From assembly GCF_003019035.1 (NCBI RefSeq), contig NZ_CP027447.1: a stretch of 64,000 nt of DNA. The stretch is one strand, 5' to 3'. This document shows positions 30,601-45,437 of the stretch, one piece after another. The notes beneath the pieces are model-generated. The model searched no databases. It was not told where the DNA came from and saw only the letters and a list, made by a program, of their open reading frames with translations. This stretch comes from Escherichia coli. Lineage in GTDB: Bacteria; Pseudomonadota; Gammaproteobacteria; Enterobacterales; Enterobacteriaceae. Made by a program: the position numbers and the translations under genes. How positions within the stretch are numbered: position 1 is the first letter of the stretch; every line of letters starts with the position of its first letter.

Positions 30601-32028
30601 ATGATGAATGACGGTAAGCAACAATCTACCTTTTTGTTTCACGATTACGAAACCTTTGGAACGCACCCCGCGTTAGATCGCCCTGCACAGTTCGCAGCCA
30701 TTCGCACTGATAACGAATTCAATGTCATCGGCGAACCCGAAGTCTTTTACTGCAAGCCCGCGGATGACTATTTACCCCAGCCTGGAGCAGTATTAATTAC
30801 CGGTATTACCCCGCAGGAAGCACGGGCGAAAGGAGAAAACGAAGCCGCGTTTGCCGCCCGTATTCACTCGCTTTTTACCGTACCGAAGACCTGTATTCTG
30901 GGCTACAACAATGTGCGTTTCGACGATGAAGTCACACGCAACGTTTTTTATCGTAATTTCTACGATCCTTACGCCTGGAGCTGGCAGCATGATAACTCGC
31001 GCTGGGATTTACTGGATGTTATGCGTGCCTGTTATGCCCTGCGCCCGGAAGGAATAAACTGGCCTGAAAATGATGACGGTCTACCGAGCTTTCGCCTTGA
31101 GCATTTAACCAAAGCGAATGGTATTGAACATAGCAACGCCCACGATGCGATGGCTGATGTGTACGCCACTATTGCGATGGCGAAACTGGTAAAAACGCGT
31201 CAGCCACGCCTGTTTGATTATCTCTTTACCCATCGTAATAAACACAAACTGATGGCGTTGATTGATGTTCCGCAGATGAAACCCCTGGTTCACGTTTCCG
31301 GAATGTTTGGGGCATGGCGTGGCAATACCAGCTGGGTGGCACCGCTGGCGTGGCATCCTGAAAATCGCAATGCCGTAATTATGGTGGATTTGGCAGGAGA
31401 CATTTCGCCATTACTGGAACTGGATAGCGACACATTGCGCGAGCGTTTATATACCGCAAAAGCCGATCTTGGCGATAACGCCGCCGTTCCGGTTAAGCTG
31501 GTGCATATCAATAAATGTCCGGTACTGGCCCAGGCGAATACGCTACGCCCGGAAGATGCCGACCGACTGGGAATTAATCGTCAGCATTGCCTCGATAACC
31601 TAAAAATTCTGCGTGAAAATCCGCAAGTGCGTGAAAAAGTGGTGGCGATATTCGCGGAAGCCGAACCGTTTACGCCTTCAGATAACGTGGATGCACAGCT
31701 TTATAATGGCTTTTTCAGTGACGCCGATCGTGCAGCAATGAAAATTGTGCTGGAAACCGAGCCGCGTAATTTACCGGCACTGGATATCACTTTTGTTGAT
31801 AAACGAATTGAAAAACTGTTGTTCAATTATCGAGCGCGCAACTTCCCGGGGACGCTGGATTATGCCGAGCAGCAACGCTGGCTTGAGCACCGCCGCCAGG
31901 TCTTCACGCCAGAGTTTTTGCAGGGCTACGCTGATGAATTGCAGATGCTGGCACAACAGTATGCCGATGACAAAGAGAAAGTGGCGCTGTTAAAAGCGCT
32001 TTGGCAGTACGCGGAAGAGATCGTCTAA
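30601..32028 (+). CDS. sbcB: Exodeoxyribonuclease I
   Basis: ORF 30553..32028; start set at MMNDGKQQSTFLFHDYETFGTHPALDRPAQFAAIRTD… (475 aa). Confidence 0.92.
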   Translation: MMNDGKQQSTFLFHDYETFGTHPALDRPAQFAAIRTDNEFNVIGEPEVFYCKPADDYLPQPGAVLITGITPQEARAKGENEAAFAARIHSLFTVPKTCILGYNNVRFDDEVTRNVFYRNFYDPYAWSWQHDNSRWDLLDVMRACYALRPEGINWPENDDGLPSFRLEHLTKANGIEHSNAHDAMADVYATIAMAKLVKTRQPRLFDYLFTHRNKHKLMALIDVPQMKPLVHVSGMFGAWRGNTSWVAPLAWHPENRNAVIMVDLAGDISPLLELDSDTLRERLYTAKADLGDNAAVPVKLVHINKCPVLAQANTLRPEDADRLGINRQHCLDNLKILRENPQVREKVVAIFAEAEPFTPSDNVDAQLYNGFFSDADRAAMKIVLETEPRNLPALDITFVDKRIEKLLFNYRARNFPGTLDYAEQQRWLEHRRQVFTPEFLQGYADELQMLAQQYADDKEKVALLKALWQYAEEIV

Positions 32029-32070
32029 TTTGAAGCCTCCGCCGCTGGTACGGCGGAGGACAATGTTGAG

Positions 32071-32298
32071 TCAGGCTTTTTGAACGGTGATGCTCCACGC
32101 TGCATCGCCAATCTGCTGATAATCGGTGATGGCATGTCCTTCTTCTGCCGCCCACTGTGGGATTGCTTCAGTTGCCTGGGTGCAATCAAACTCAATTACC
32201 AACTCATCGCCGCTGGCCATTTCTGCCAGTGCTGCTTTTGCTTCTATGAGTGGAAACGGACAGACCTGCGTCACCACATCCAGCTTTTTAATCGCCAT
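32071..32298 (-). CDS. yeeD: TusA-like sulfurtransferase YeeD
   Basis: 75-aa ORF with CPxP motif (…VTQVCPFPLIEAK…). Confidence 0.88.
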   Translation of the reverse strand: MAIKKLDVVTQVCPFPLIEAKAALAEMASGDELVIEFDCTQATEAIPQWAAEEGHAITDYQQIGDAAWSITVQKA

Positions 32299-32311
32299 CT
32301 TTACACCTTAC

Positions 32312-33370
32312 TTAATTTGCCGCAGCAGTTGCCAGTCGCGCCTTACGCTGCGGTCGAACATACACAAGCCAGGACGCAGTCCAGACTCCGAGAATCATAA
32401 ATACAAGGCCAATCCAGCCCTGCCAGGTCATCATTGCAGTCATGACCAGTCCATTACCGATAGAGCAACCACCTGCAATGCTGGCACCGAAGCCCATCAG
32501 TACACCACCTAACCCGCTACGTAATGTTGTTTGTGCATCAGCAGCACGAACGCGGAACTCACGGCTCGCTTTGGCGGCAATAAATGACCCCACGAAGATC
32601 CCTAACACCAGGAAAACGCCCCAGTTAATGTATTTCACGTCACCCGCGACCAGAAATTGCAGAATATTGGCCGTTGGGGAAGTGATGCCTAACCCAAACA
32701 TACGTCCGGTTGCTTCACTCAGGGGCCAGGCTAAAAGCGCAATCAAACCGATGAGTACAGCTGTGACAAAGGGATGCCAGCGTTTTTCAAACAGAATATG
32801 AGCGATCCCGGTTCGGCGCGGCGGTAAGGTCGCGACTTTGAGTTTTGGCTTCTTCAACTCTTTCATCACCACCCAGAGCGTTATCACCAGCAAAACGGCA
32901 ACCAACGGCCACACAGACAAATTAAAAGTATCAGCAATAGAGTTATGTTCAGTAGTGTAGTGCTGCAAGGTTTGATTTAAACCACTGGCGTGTGGAGAAC
33001 GCATCACCGCACTCATCACCATATAAGTGAAAAGCGCGATCCAACTGCCGATCAATCCCTCACCCGCGCGATACCAGGTCCCGGTGGCACATCCACCCGC
33101 CAGAACAATTCCCAGCCCGAAAAGATACCCACCTATAACAGTACCAAGCCACGGGAACGCCCCGGCTTCGTAAGTCAGTAGGCCCGCCTGAATTAACGCA
33201 AAAACCCCCACGCTTTGTACCGAAATTGCAATCAGCAAGGCGTAAAACATGCGATTATTTTTCGCGATATACATATCGCGAAAACCACCTGTCAGGCAAA
33301 AACGCCCACGCTGCATGACAAATCCCAGCAGAGCACCACAAATTAGCCCGCTTAATATCATTGAAAACAT
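32312..33370 (-). CDS. yeeE: Thiosulfate transporter YeeE (TsuA family)
   Basis: 352-aa multi-TM ORF upstream of and adjacent to yeeD. Confidence 0.88.
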   Translation of the reverse strand: MFSMILSGLICGALLGFVMQRGRFCLTGGFRDMYIAKNNRMFYALLIAISVQSVGVFALIQAGLLTYEAGAFPWLGTVIGGYLFGLGIVLAGGCATGTWYRAGEGLIGSWIALFTYMVMSAVMRSPHASGLNQTLQHYTTEHNSIADTFNLSVWPLVAVLLVITLWVVMKELKKPKLKVATLPPRRTGIAHILFEKRWHPFVTAVLIGLIALLAWPLSEATGRMFGLGITSPTANILQFLVAGDVKYINWGVFLVLGIFVGSFIAAKASREFRVRAADAQTTLRSGLGGVLMGFGASIAGGCSIGNGLVMTAMMTWQGWIGLVFMILGVWTASWLVYVRPQRKARLATAAAN

Positions 33371-33499
33371 AAATTAATTAACCAGATGAATGTTAATAAG
33401 GAAATTATTCATGACTGGTGGAATGCAGACCAATAACCAAATTCTCTAAATTAGAACAAATGGTTATTAATGAGGATTTCGATAAAAAAGAATAAAAAA

Positions 33500-33535
33500 A
33501 CCGGAGCCAAATATTCATTCGACTCCGGTTGATTA
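33500..33535 (-). terminator. Candidate terminator after plaP
   Basis: Hairpin ccggag…ctccgg; T-tract on the minus strand (complement of aaaaaaa at 33503-33509). Confidence 0.45.
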
Positions 33536-33548
33536 TTAGAAAAGATGA

Positions 33549-34907
33549 TTATGCTACGTCTTCGTACTGCGGAACCGGGTTACGGAAGCTCTTGGTTACG
33601 CATGCCAGGTAAATCAGACCGATAGCAGCCCAGATCAGACCCAGAACCATTGAGCTTTCTTCCAGGTTAACCCACAGCGCACCAACGGTCAGCGCACCAC
33701 ACATCGGCAGGAACAGATACTGGAAGTGATCTTTCAGCGTCTTGTTACGCTTCTCACGGATCCAGAACTGCGAGATGACCGACAGGTTAACGAAGGTGAA
33801 CGCCACCAACGCACCAAAGTTAATCAGCGCCGTAGCCATTACCAGGTCGAAGTTGATTGCCAGCAGGGCAATCGCGCCAACCAGGATGATGTTCATCGCC
33901 GGAGTACGCCATTTCGGGTGTACATAACCGAAGAAGCTTTTCGGGAACACGCCGTCACGACCCATTACGTACATCAGACGCGCTACGCCTGCGTGCGCCG
34001 CCATACCGGACGCCAGTACGGTAATGGTGGAGAAGATCAGCGCGCCAACCTGGAACGCTTTACCCGCAACGTACAGCATGATTTCAGGCTGTGACGCATC
34101 CGGATCTTTAAAGCGAGAGATATCCGGGAAGTACAGCTGCAGGAAGTAAGTTGCAAAGATGAAGATCATGCCGCCAATCAGCGCGGTCAGGAAAATCGCA
34201 CGCGGGATCACGCGCTCTGCATCTTTGGTTTCTTCCGACAGATTGCTGATGCCGTCAAAGCCGGTAAAGGAGAAGCACAGGATTGTCGCCCCGGTAATCA
34301 TCGGGATAACATGCGCATCGCCAGACCAGAACGGACGAGTGCTCGCCAGCGTACCCGCGCCTTCACCTTCAAATACGCCATAAACAACCATGCCCAGAAT
34401 CACCGCGATCAGCACTACCTGCAACACGACGATTACAGTGTTGAAGTTCGCTACGGATTTCAGACTACGCAGGTTAAAGGCGGTCATAAAGGCCACCAGC
34501 GCCACCACAAACATCCACGATGGGATGGAAGGCACCAGAGCTTCAAAATAGATTTTCGCCAGCAGAATGTTGATCATCGGCGCGAACAGATAGTCGAGCA
34601 GAGAAGACCAACCCACCATAAAGCCGACAGTCGGGCTAATGGATTTCTGGGCGTAAGTGTATGCAGAGCCAGCAGAAGGATAGCGGCGAACCAGCTTCCC
34701 GTAGCTCAGAGCCGTAAACAGGATCGCAATCAATGCGAACGCATAGGCTGTCGGCACATGACCATCCGTGAGGCCTGAAACGATACCAAAAGTATCAAAC
34801 AGCGTCATCGGCTGCATATAGGCTAGACCCATCATTACAACCGGAACTAACGTAAGCGTTTTACGCAATTCCACGCGAGAGGTGTTTGGAGTAACGTTAT
34901 GCGACAT
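33549..34907 (-). CDS. plaP: Low-affinity putrescine importer PlaP (APC family)
   Basis: 452/454-aa 12-TM amino-acid/polyamine permease ORF ([23 protein letters not shown]…). Confidence 0.9.
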   Translation of the reverse strand: MSHNVTPNTSRVELRKTLTLVPVVMMGLAYMQPMTLFDTFGIVSGLTDGHVPTAYAFALIAILFTALSYGKLVRRYPSAGSAYTYAQKSISPTVGFMVGWSSLLDYLFAPMINILLAKIYFEALVPSIPSWMFVVALVAFMTAFNLRSLKSVANFNTVIVVLQVVLIAVILGMVVYGVFEGEGAGTLASTRPFWSGDAHVIPMITGATILCFSFTGFDGISNLSEETKDAERVIPRAIFLTALIGGMIFIFATYFLQLYFPDISRFKDPDASQPEIMLYVAGKAFQVGALIFSTITVLASGMAAHAGVARLMYVMGRDGVFPKSFFGYVHPKWRTPAMNIILVGAIALLAINFDLVMATALINFGALVAFTFVNLSVISQFWIREKRNKTLKDHFQYLFLPMCGALTVGALWVNLEESSMVLGLIWAAIGLIYLACVTKSFRNPVPQYEDVA

Positions 34908-35059
34908 GGTCATTCTCCTTTACGATGATAACCGTCGCGTAAGCAAAAAATTGCCCCATTTTTTTGGATTCCTCAGCGACAACAACTGTCGATTTTTAGT
35001 AAATATCTATCCGGTACGAAGCCCGGCCTCTTGGTATGAATGATTGGTTTGAAGCAAAA

Positions 35060-35095
35060 AATAACCGACGCTGATGAAACGTCGGTTTTTAGTCA
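35060..35095 (-). terminator. Candidate terminator after yeeY
   Basis: Hairpin aaccgacg-ctgatgaaa-cgtcggtt; T-tract on the minus strand. Confidence 0.45.
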
Positions 35096-35173
35096 TTTTT
35101 TGACAGCGGCGCATTGTGCCTAAATGGGGGAGAAATGACAAGAGAATGAGAGGCTTGTCATAATAATTTTTCT

Positions 35174-36103
35174 TTAAATGGCTGATTTTCCGTCATCAGA
35201 TTTTGCATAAACACCGGCGATCGCACTATTTGCTAAAATTTCATCTCGCCACCAGCCGCTGGCAAGTCCTGCGGTCTGTTCATTCCAGCCAATCCAGACG
35301 GGTTCAAAGAGAGTTTGGGCGACCACTTTCTTCTCGATTAACGCGCCACTATCGAGAAAACGTTGCGCCAGATAACGGGGTAAATAGCCGCAGCCGAGGC
35401 CGCTAATTTGCAGCTCCAGCTTGGTTTTAAAATCGAAAACGGTAATGGCTTCTTGTTCGTCGAGAAGTTGCGAGGCCGTAGAAGCGCCGGCCTGCGCAGT
35501 ATCCCCTACCACAATCGCCCTATATTGCTTAATGATACGACGGTTTAACGGTTCTTCTTCCTGGGCTAACGGATGATGGGGCGCGACCGCAAAGACTTGT
35601 TCAAGATCGCCCAACCGCGAGAAACCAAACTCACTGGAAGATGGTGGCTCATGCATCGCGCCAACAATAATATCCGCTCGCCCCTGAGTCAGGGCATCCC
35701 AGGAACCACCGAGTACGCCATTGATAAACTTCAGGCGCGTCACGCTATGATGTTGATAAAAAGCTTCAATGAGTGGCGCGAGAAGAGAAAAAGGGAAGGT
35801 ATCGTCCACGCCAATCACCAGCTCGTTTTCCCAGCCTTCATGCAGTTTGATCGCCTGCTTTTCCAGTTCTCGCACGGTATGCAGAACTTCCCTCCCTTTC
35901 TCTAATAACATTTTTCCGGTGCGGGTGAATTTAGCGCGGTGTCCGCTACGATCAAGCAATTGAATATTAAGGTCGCTTTCCAGCTTGTGAACGGTGTAAC
36001 TCAGAGCGGACGGCGTCTTGTAGAGTTTGGCCGACGCCGCCGCAAAACTGCCCTCTTTTTCTAAGGCATCGAGGATCATCAACACATCCAGCAGTGGTTT
36101 CAT
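35174..36103 (-). CDS. yeeY: LysR-family transcriptional regulator YeeY
   Basis: ORF 35174..36124; start set at MKPLLDVLMILDALEKEGSFAAASAKLYKTPSALSYTVHKLE (LysR HTH). Confidence 0.85.
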   Translation of the reverse strand: MKPLLDVLMILDALEKEGSFAAASAKLYKTPSALSYTVHKLESDLNIQLLDRSGHRAKFTRTGKMLLEKGREVLHTVRELEKQAIKLHEGWENELVIGVDDTFPFSLLAPLIEAFYQHHSVTRLKFINGVLGGSWDALTQGRADIIVGAMHEPPSSSEFGFSRLGDLEQVFAVAPHHPLAQEEEPLNRRIIKQYRAIVVGDTAQAGASTASQLLDEQEAITVFDFKTKLELQISGLGCGYLPRYLAQRFLDSGALIEKKVVAQTLFEPVWIGWNEQTAGLASGWWRDEILANSAIAGVYAKSDDGKSAI

Positions 36104-36148
36104 ACACGCCCCCTTGCAGTGCATGCGGCGTCCTGCTGGCGTGATCGT

Positions 36149-36973
36149 TTACTCCAGCGGCATTACCAGCGGATCGGGATACTGGTATTCAAATCCCAGT
36201 TCATTACAAATCCGACTGCCATCAATAATCTTACCTTTTCCGCTGTCCAGACTATTTCTGAACTGCGGAGGTTCCAGTCCCAGTAAACGGGCCATCTGCG
36301 GATAGAAAACATTACGCGCAGGGTGAGCTGGCGCACATATATTATAGATGTGTCCGCCTTTAGGTGCCTGTAACAACAGAGTGATAGCGCCAATAACATC
36401 TTCTAAATGGACTAAATTAACACCATGTTCACCATCAGGGGCGGTTTTTCCGGCAAAGAAACGTCCGGGATGACGTCCCGGTCCGACCAGGCCCGCAAGA
36501 CGTAGAATATCGACCGAAGTTCCGGGTAAATTGTGCAGCCAGTCTTCGAGTTCTTCTAATACTCGTCCACTGTTGGTTACCGGATTACGCGGGGTGGTTT
36601 CTTTCACCGTGCCTTGCGCGTCGCCATAGACAGATGTTGAGCTGGTAAAAATAATGCGGGGAATACGATGGGCCAGCGCGCTATCTACTAACTCTTGTAC
36701 CGCTTGTAAATAAAACTCATCGCCGGGGCCGCTACGACGTGCCGGAAGCGTAATGACCAGCGCATCGGCATCCATCAGGGCATCCAGATCGTCAGAATCG
36801 CAAACTAACTCAGGCTCCATGCGAAGCAGATAGCTATCAATGCCACTCATTCGGGCCGCTTCGACACCATCTTGTGTGGTTTTACTCCCGGTAACTTGCC
36901 AGCCTCGCGCTGAAAGTGACATCGCCAGCGGCATGCCTAACCACCCTAACCCGACAATTGCGACCTTTTTCAT
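36149..36973 (-). CDS. yeeZ: NAD-dependent epimerase/dehydratase-family protein YeeZ
   Basis: 274-aa ORF with Rossmann motif (MKKVAIVGLGWLGMPLA…). Confidence 0.85.
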   Translation of the reverse strand: MKKVAIVGLGWLGMPLAMSLSARGWQVTGSKTTQDGVEAARMSGIDSYLLRMEPELVCDSDDLDALMDADALVITLPARRSGPGDEFYLQAVQELVDSALAHRIPRIIFTSSTSVYGDAQGTVKETTPRNPVTNSGRVLEELEDWLHNLPGTSVDILRLAGLVGPGRHPGRFFAGKTAPDGEHGVNLVHLEDVIGAITLLLQAPKGGHIYNICAPAHPARNVFYPQMARLLGLEPPQFRNSLDSGKGKIIDGSRICNELGFEYQYPDPLVMPLE

Positions 36974-37077
36974 CCGTTATCTCCTGATACACCTTAGATC
37001 TATAAGGCTACGCTAGCGTATCAAAACTGACAATTCATTCTATGAATGAAATCGAAACTGTTAGCAAATATACAATT

Positions 37078-37174
37078 GCCTGATGCGCTCCGCTTATCAG
37101 TCCTACAAAAACATCAATATATTGAATTTAGGCAACATTTGTAGACCAGATAAGGCATTCACGCCGCATCCGGC
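37078..37174. repeat. REP / BIME-type extragenic palindromes
   Basis: gcctgatgcgctccgcttatcagtcctac (37078-37106) and gtagaccagataaggcattcacgccgcatccggc (37141-37174) both resemble the E. coli REP consensus, in inverted orientation. Confidence 0.6.
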
Positions 37175-37399
37175 AGGAACAAAGCCCACTTTAGTTACAG
37201 AACACAATGTTCTTGAGGGTTTTAAAGACATATTTTCACGATTACTTTTTTAACGTAGCCACTCCTGGCCCCCTCCTTTCCCCGCTCATTCATTAAACAA
37301 ATCCATCGCCATAAAATATATAAAAAACCCCTTGCTTTCTAACGTGAAAGTGGTTTAGGTTAAAAGACATCAGTTGAATAAACATTCACAGAGACTTTT

Positions 37400-37450
37400 A
37401 TGACACGCGTTCAATTTAAACACCACCATCATCACCATCATCCTGACTAG
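37400..37450 (+). CDS. hisL: his operon leader peptide (7 consecutive His codons)
   Basis: atgacacgcgttcaatttaaacaccaccatcatcaccatcatcctgactag translates to MTRVQFKHHHHHHHPD*. Confidence 0.93.
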   Translation: MTRVQFKHHHHHHHPD

Positions 37451-37513
37451 TCTTTCAGGCGATGTGTGCTGGAAGACATTCAGATCTTCCAGTGGTGCAT
37501 GAACGCATGAGAA

Positions 37514-37549
37514 AGCCCCCGGAAGATCATCTTCCGGGGGCTTTTTTAT
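37514..37549 (+). terminator. his attenuator terminator
   Basis: agcccccggaaga-tcat-cttccgggggct followed by tttttatt, between hisL and hisG. Confidence 0.9.
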
Positions 37550-37595
37550 TGCGCGGTTGATAACGGTTCAGACAGGTTTAAAGAGGAATAAGAAA

Positions 37596-38495
37596 ATGAC
37601 AGACAACTCTCGTTTACGCATAGCTATGCAGAAATCAGGCCGTTTAAGTGATGACTCACGCGAATTACTGGCGCGCTGTGGCATTAAAATCAATCTTCAC
37701 ACCCAGCGCCTGATTGCGATGGCAGAAAACATGCCGATTGATATTCTGCGCGTGCGTGACGATGACATTCCCGGTCTGGTAATGGACGGCGTGGTAGACC
37801 TTGGGATTATCGGCGAAAACGTGCTGGAAGAAGAGCTGCTTAACCGCCGCGCCCAGGGTGAAGATCCGCGCTACTTTACCCTGCGTCGTCTGGATTTCGG
37901 CGGCTGCCGCCTTTCGCTGGCAACGCCGGTTGATGAAGCCTGGGACGGTCCGCTCTCCTTAAACGGTAAACGTATCGCCACCTCTTATCCTCACCTGCTC
38001 AAGCGTTATCTCGACCAGAAAGGTATCTCTTTTAAATCCTGCTTACTGAACGGTTCTGTCGAAGTTGCGCCGCGTGCCGGACTGGCGGATGCGATTTGCG
38101 ATCTGGTTTCCACCGGTGCCACGCTGGAAGCTAACGGCCTGCGCGAAGTCGAAGTTATCTACCGCTCGAAAGCCTGCCTAATCCAGCGCGATGGCGAAAT
38201 GGAAGAATCCAAACAGCAACTGATCGACAAACTGCTGACCCGTATTCAGGGTGTTATCCAGGCGCGCGAATCAAAATACATCATGATGCACGCACCGACC
38301 GAACGCCTGGATGAAGTCATCGCCCTGCTGCCAGGTGCCGAACGCCCAACTATTCTGCCGCTGGCAGGTGACCAACAGCGCGTAGCGATGCACATGGTCA
38401 GCAGCGAAACCCTGTTCTGGGAAACGATGGAAAAACTGAAAGCGCTGGGTGCCAGTTCAATTCTGGTCCTGCCGATTGAGAAGATGATGGAGTGA
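37596..38495 (+). CDS. hisG: ATP phosphoribosyltransferase
   Basis: Start at [18 protein letters not shown]… (299 aa); ORF track begins at an upstream TTG. Confidence 0.93.
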   Translation: MTDNSRLRIAMQKSGRLSDDSRELLARCGIKINLHTQRLIAMAENMPIDILRVRDDDIPGLVMDGVVDLGIIGENVLEEELLNRRAQGEDPRYFTLRRLDFGGCRLSLATPVDEAWDGPLSLNGKRIATSYPHLLKRYLDQKGISFKSCLLNGSVEVAPRAGLADAICDLVSTGATLEANGLREVEVIYRSKACLIQRDGEMEESKQQLIDKLLTRIQGVIQARESKYIMMHAPTERLDEVIALLPGAERPTILPLAGDQQRVAMHMVSSETLFWETMEKLKALGASSILVLPIEKMME

Positions 38496-38500
38496 TCGCC

Positions 38501-40871
<2,371 letters not shown>

Positions 40872-40872
<1 letters not shown>

Positions 40873-41938
40873 TGAGTCAGAAGTATCTTTTTATCGATCG
40901 CGATGGAACCCTGATTAGCGAACCGCCGAGTGATTTTCAGGTGGACCGTTTTGACAAACTCGCCTTTGAACCTGGCGTGATCCCGGAGCTGCTGAGGCTG
41001 CAAAAAGCGGGCTACAAGCTGGTGATGATCACTAATCAGGATGGTCTTGGAACACAAAGTTTCCCGCAGGCGGATTTTGATGGCCCGCACAACCTGATGA
41101 TGCAGATCTTCACCTCGCAAGGCGTACAGTTTGATGAAGTGCTGATTTGTCCGCACCTGCCCGCCGATGAGTGCGACTGCCGTAAGCCGAAAGTAAAACT
41201 TGTGGAGCGTTATCTGGCTGAGCAAGCGATGGATCGTGCCAACAGTTATGTCATTGGCGATCGCACGACCGACATTCAACTGGCGGAAAACATGGGCATT
41301 AATGGTTTACGCTACGACCGCGAAACACTGAACTGGCCGATGATTGGCGAGCAACTCACTAAACGAGACCGTTACGCCCATGTAGTGCGTAACACCAAAG
41401 AGACGCAAATTGACGTCCAGGTGTGGCTGGATCGCGAAGGTGGCAGCAAGATTAACACCGGCGTGGGATTCTTTGATCACATGCTGGATCAGATCGCCAC
41501 CCACGGCGGTTTCCGCATGGAAATCAATGTCAAAGGCGACCTCTATATCGACGATCACCACACCGTCGAAGATACCGGCCTGGCGCTGGGGGAAGCGTTA
41601 AAAATTGCCCTCGGCGACAAACGCGGTATTTGCCGCTTTGGTTTTGTGCTGCCGATGGACGAATGCCTTGCCCGCTGCGCACTGGATATCTCTGGTCGCC
41701 CGCACCTGGAATATAAAGCCGAATTTACCTACCAGCGCGTGGGCGATCTCAGCACTGAAATGATCGAGCACTTCTTCCGTTCGCTCTCTTACACTATGGG
41801 CGTGACGCTACACCTGAAAACCAAAGGTAAAAACGATCATCACCGTGTAGAGAGCCTGTTCAAAGCTTTTGGTCGCACCCTGCGCCAGGCCATCCGCGTG
41901 GAAGGCGATACCCTGCCCTCGTCGAAAGGAGTGCTGTA

Positions 41939-41939
<1 letters not shown>
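40872..41939 (+). CDS. hisB: Bifunctional histidinol-phosphatase / imidazoleglycerol-phosphate dehydratase
   Basis: [25 protein letters not shown]… (355 aa). Confidence 0.93.
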
Positions 41940-44017
<2,078 letters not shown>

Positions 44018-44024
<7 letters not shown>

Positions 44025-44629
44025 CAGAACAACAACGTCGCGAACTGGACTGGGAAAAAACCGACGGACTGCTGCCGGTGATTGTGCAACATGCGGTATC
44101 CGGCGAAGTGTTAATGCTGGGCTATATGAATCCAGAAGCCTTAGACAAAACCCTAGAAAGCGGCAAAGTCACCTTCTTCTCGCGCACTAAACAGCGACTG
44201 TGGACCAAAGGCGAAACGTCGGGCAATTTCCTCAACGTAGTGAGTATTGCGCCGGACTGCGACAACGACACGTTACTGGTGCTGGCGAATCCCATCGGGC
44301 CAACCTGCCACAAAGGCACCAGTAGCTGCTTCGGCAACACCGCTCACCAGTGGCTGTTCCTGTATCAACTGGAACAACTGCTCGCCGAACGTAAATCTGC
44401 CGACCCGAAAACCTCTTACACAGCCAAACTGTATGCCAGCGGCACCAAGCGCATTGCGCAAAAAGTGGGCGAAGAAGGCGTAGAAACCGCACTGGCAGCA
44501 ACGGTACATGACCGCTTTGAGCTGACCAACGAGGCATCTGACTTGATGTATCACCTGCTGGTATTGTTGCAGGATCAGGATCTGGATTTAACGACGGTAA
44601 TTGAGAACCTGCGTAAACGGCATCAGTGA
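44018..44629 (+). CDS. hisI: Bifunctional phosphoribosyl-AMP cyclohydrolase / phosphoribosyl-ATP pyrophosphatase
   Basis: 203-aa ORF, last gene of the his operon. Confidence 0.93.
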
Positions 44630-44681
44630 GTTGCGGGGTAAGCGGATGCGATGTTGTTGTCGCATCCGGCAAAATAAATAT

Positions 44682-44706
44682 CCTCCGGCATAGCCGGAGG
44701 TTTTTC
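44682..44706 (+). terminator. his operon rho-independent terminator
   Basis: cctccggc-ata-gccggagg followed by ttttt. Confidence 0.8.
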
Positions 44707-44709
44707 AAA

Positions 44710-45383
44710 TGCGCCTATAAGGCTCTCTTACCAGCCGCGCCCTAACAGGCGCACACGATCTGACATTTGCATCCAACTTCGTTACTTACGGCCCGTAAAC
44801 GGGCTGCCCGGATAGGGAATCGATAACTGCTCTCCCATTTTATCCTCTTCAAGCTGGTGCTTTATGTAATCCTGTATCTTCGCCGTGTTCTTACCCACCG
44901 TATCGACGTAATACCCTCTGCACCAGAACTCCCTGTTCCTGTATTTGAATTTCAAATCAACAAACTGCTCGTAAAGCATTAGACTGCTTTTCCCTTTCAG
45001 ATATCCCATAAAGCCGGATACGCTCATTTTGGGCGGGATCTCCACAAGCATATGGATATGATCTGCACAGCATTCAGCTTCCAGAATCCGTACACTTTTC
45101 CACTCACACAGCTTTCTCAAAATACAGCCTATTGCTCTACGCTTCTCTCTGTAGAACACCTGTCTTCGGTATTTTGGCGCAAATACTATGTGATATTTAC
45201 AGTTCCATCGGGTGTGCGCTAAGCTCTTTTCGTTCCCCATTGGGACCCCCTTTTGATTTCTTGTTTGACACTTGCAGTTGCCAGACCGCAAGGTGTTTTA
45301 ACAAATCAAAAGGGGTTTTAATAACTGGCTCAAAGCTGAAAGCTTTCCGGAACCCCCAGCCTAGCTGGGGGTTTTCTGTGCAC
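44710..45383 (-). mobile_element. IS200-type insertion sequence (IS200/IS605 family); boundaries approximate (about +/-40 bp)
   Basis: Contains a tnpA almost identical to my memory of Salmonella IS200 TnpA, plus the characteristic upstream stem-loops (cccccagctaggctggggg; RBS-occluding hairpin). No terminal inverted repeats are expected for this family. Confidence 0.8.
44782..45237 (-). CDS. tnpA: IS200 transposase TnpA (HUH / Y1 family)
   Basis: MGNEKSLAHTRWNCKYHIVFAPKYRRQVFY…CCADHIHMLVEIPPKMSVSGFMGYLKGKSS…; HxH motif present; ORF track begins at an upstream in-frame Met. Confidence 0.9.
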   Translation of the reverse strand, partial: GNEKSLAHTRWNCKYHIVFAPKYRRQVFYREKRRAIGCILRKLCEWKSVRILEAECCADHIHMLVEIPPKMSVSGFMGYLKGKSSLMLYEQFVDLKFKYRNREFWCRGYYVDTVGKNTAKIQDYIKHQLEEDKMGEQLSIPYPGSPFTGRK

Positions 45384-45415
45384 AAAAAAACGGGCAAGGT
45401 GTCACCACCCTGCCC
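45383..45415 (-). terminator. Candidate wzzB terminator
   Basis: Minus-strand hairpin gggcagggtggtgacaccttgccc followed by gttttttt, just after the wzzB stop. Confidence 0.5.
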
Positions 45416-45437
45416 ATTTTCTTTAAAACCGAAAAGA

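Noticed and set aside
37418-37438. Run of seven CAC/CAT histidine codons
   Set aside because: Not an engineered His-tag or repeat expansion; it is the natural hisL attenuator leader peptide.
44641-44670. Palindrome cggatgcgatgttgttgtcgcatccg after hisI, considered as a REP element or IS end
   Set aside because: Does not match the REP consensus well and lies upstream of the clear his terminator; treated as a secondary hairpin of the his 3' UTR.
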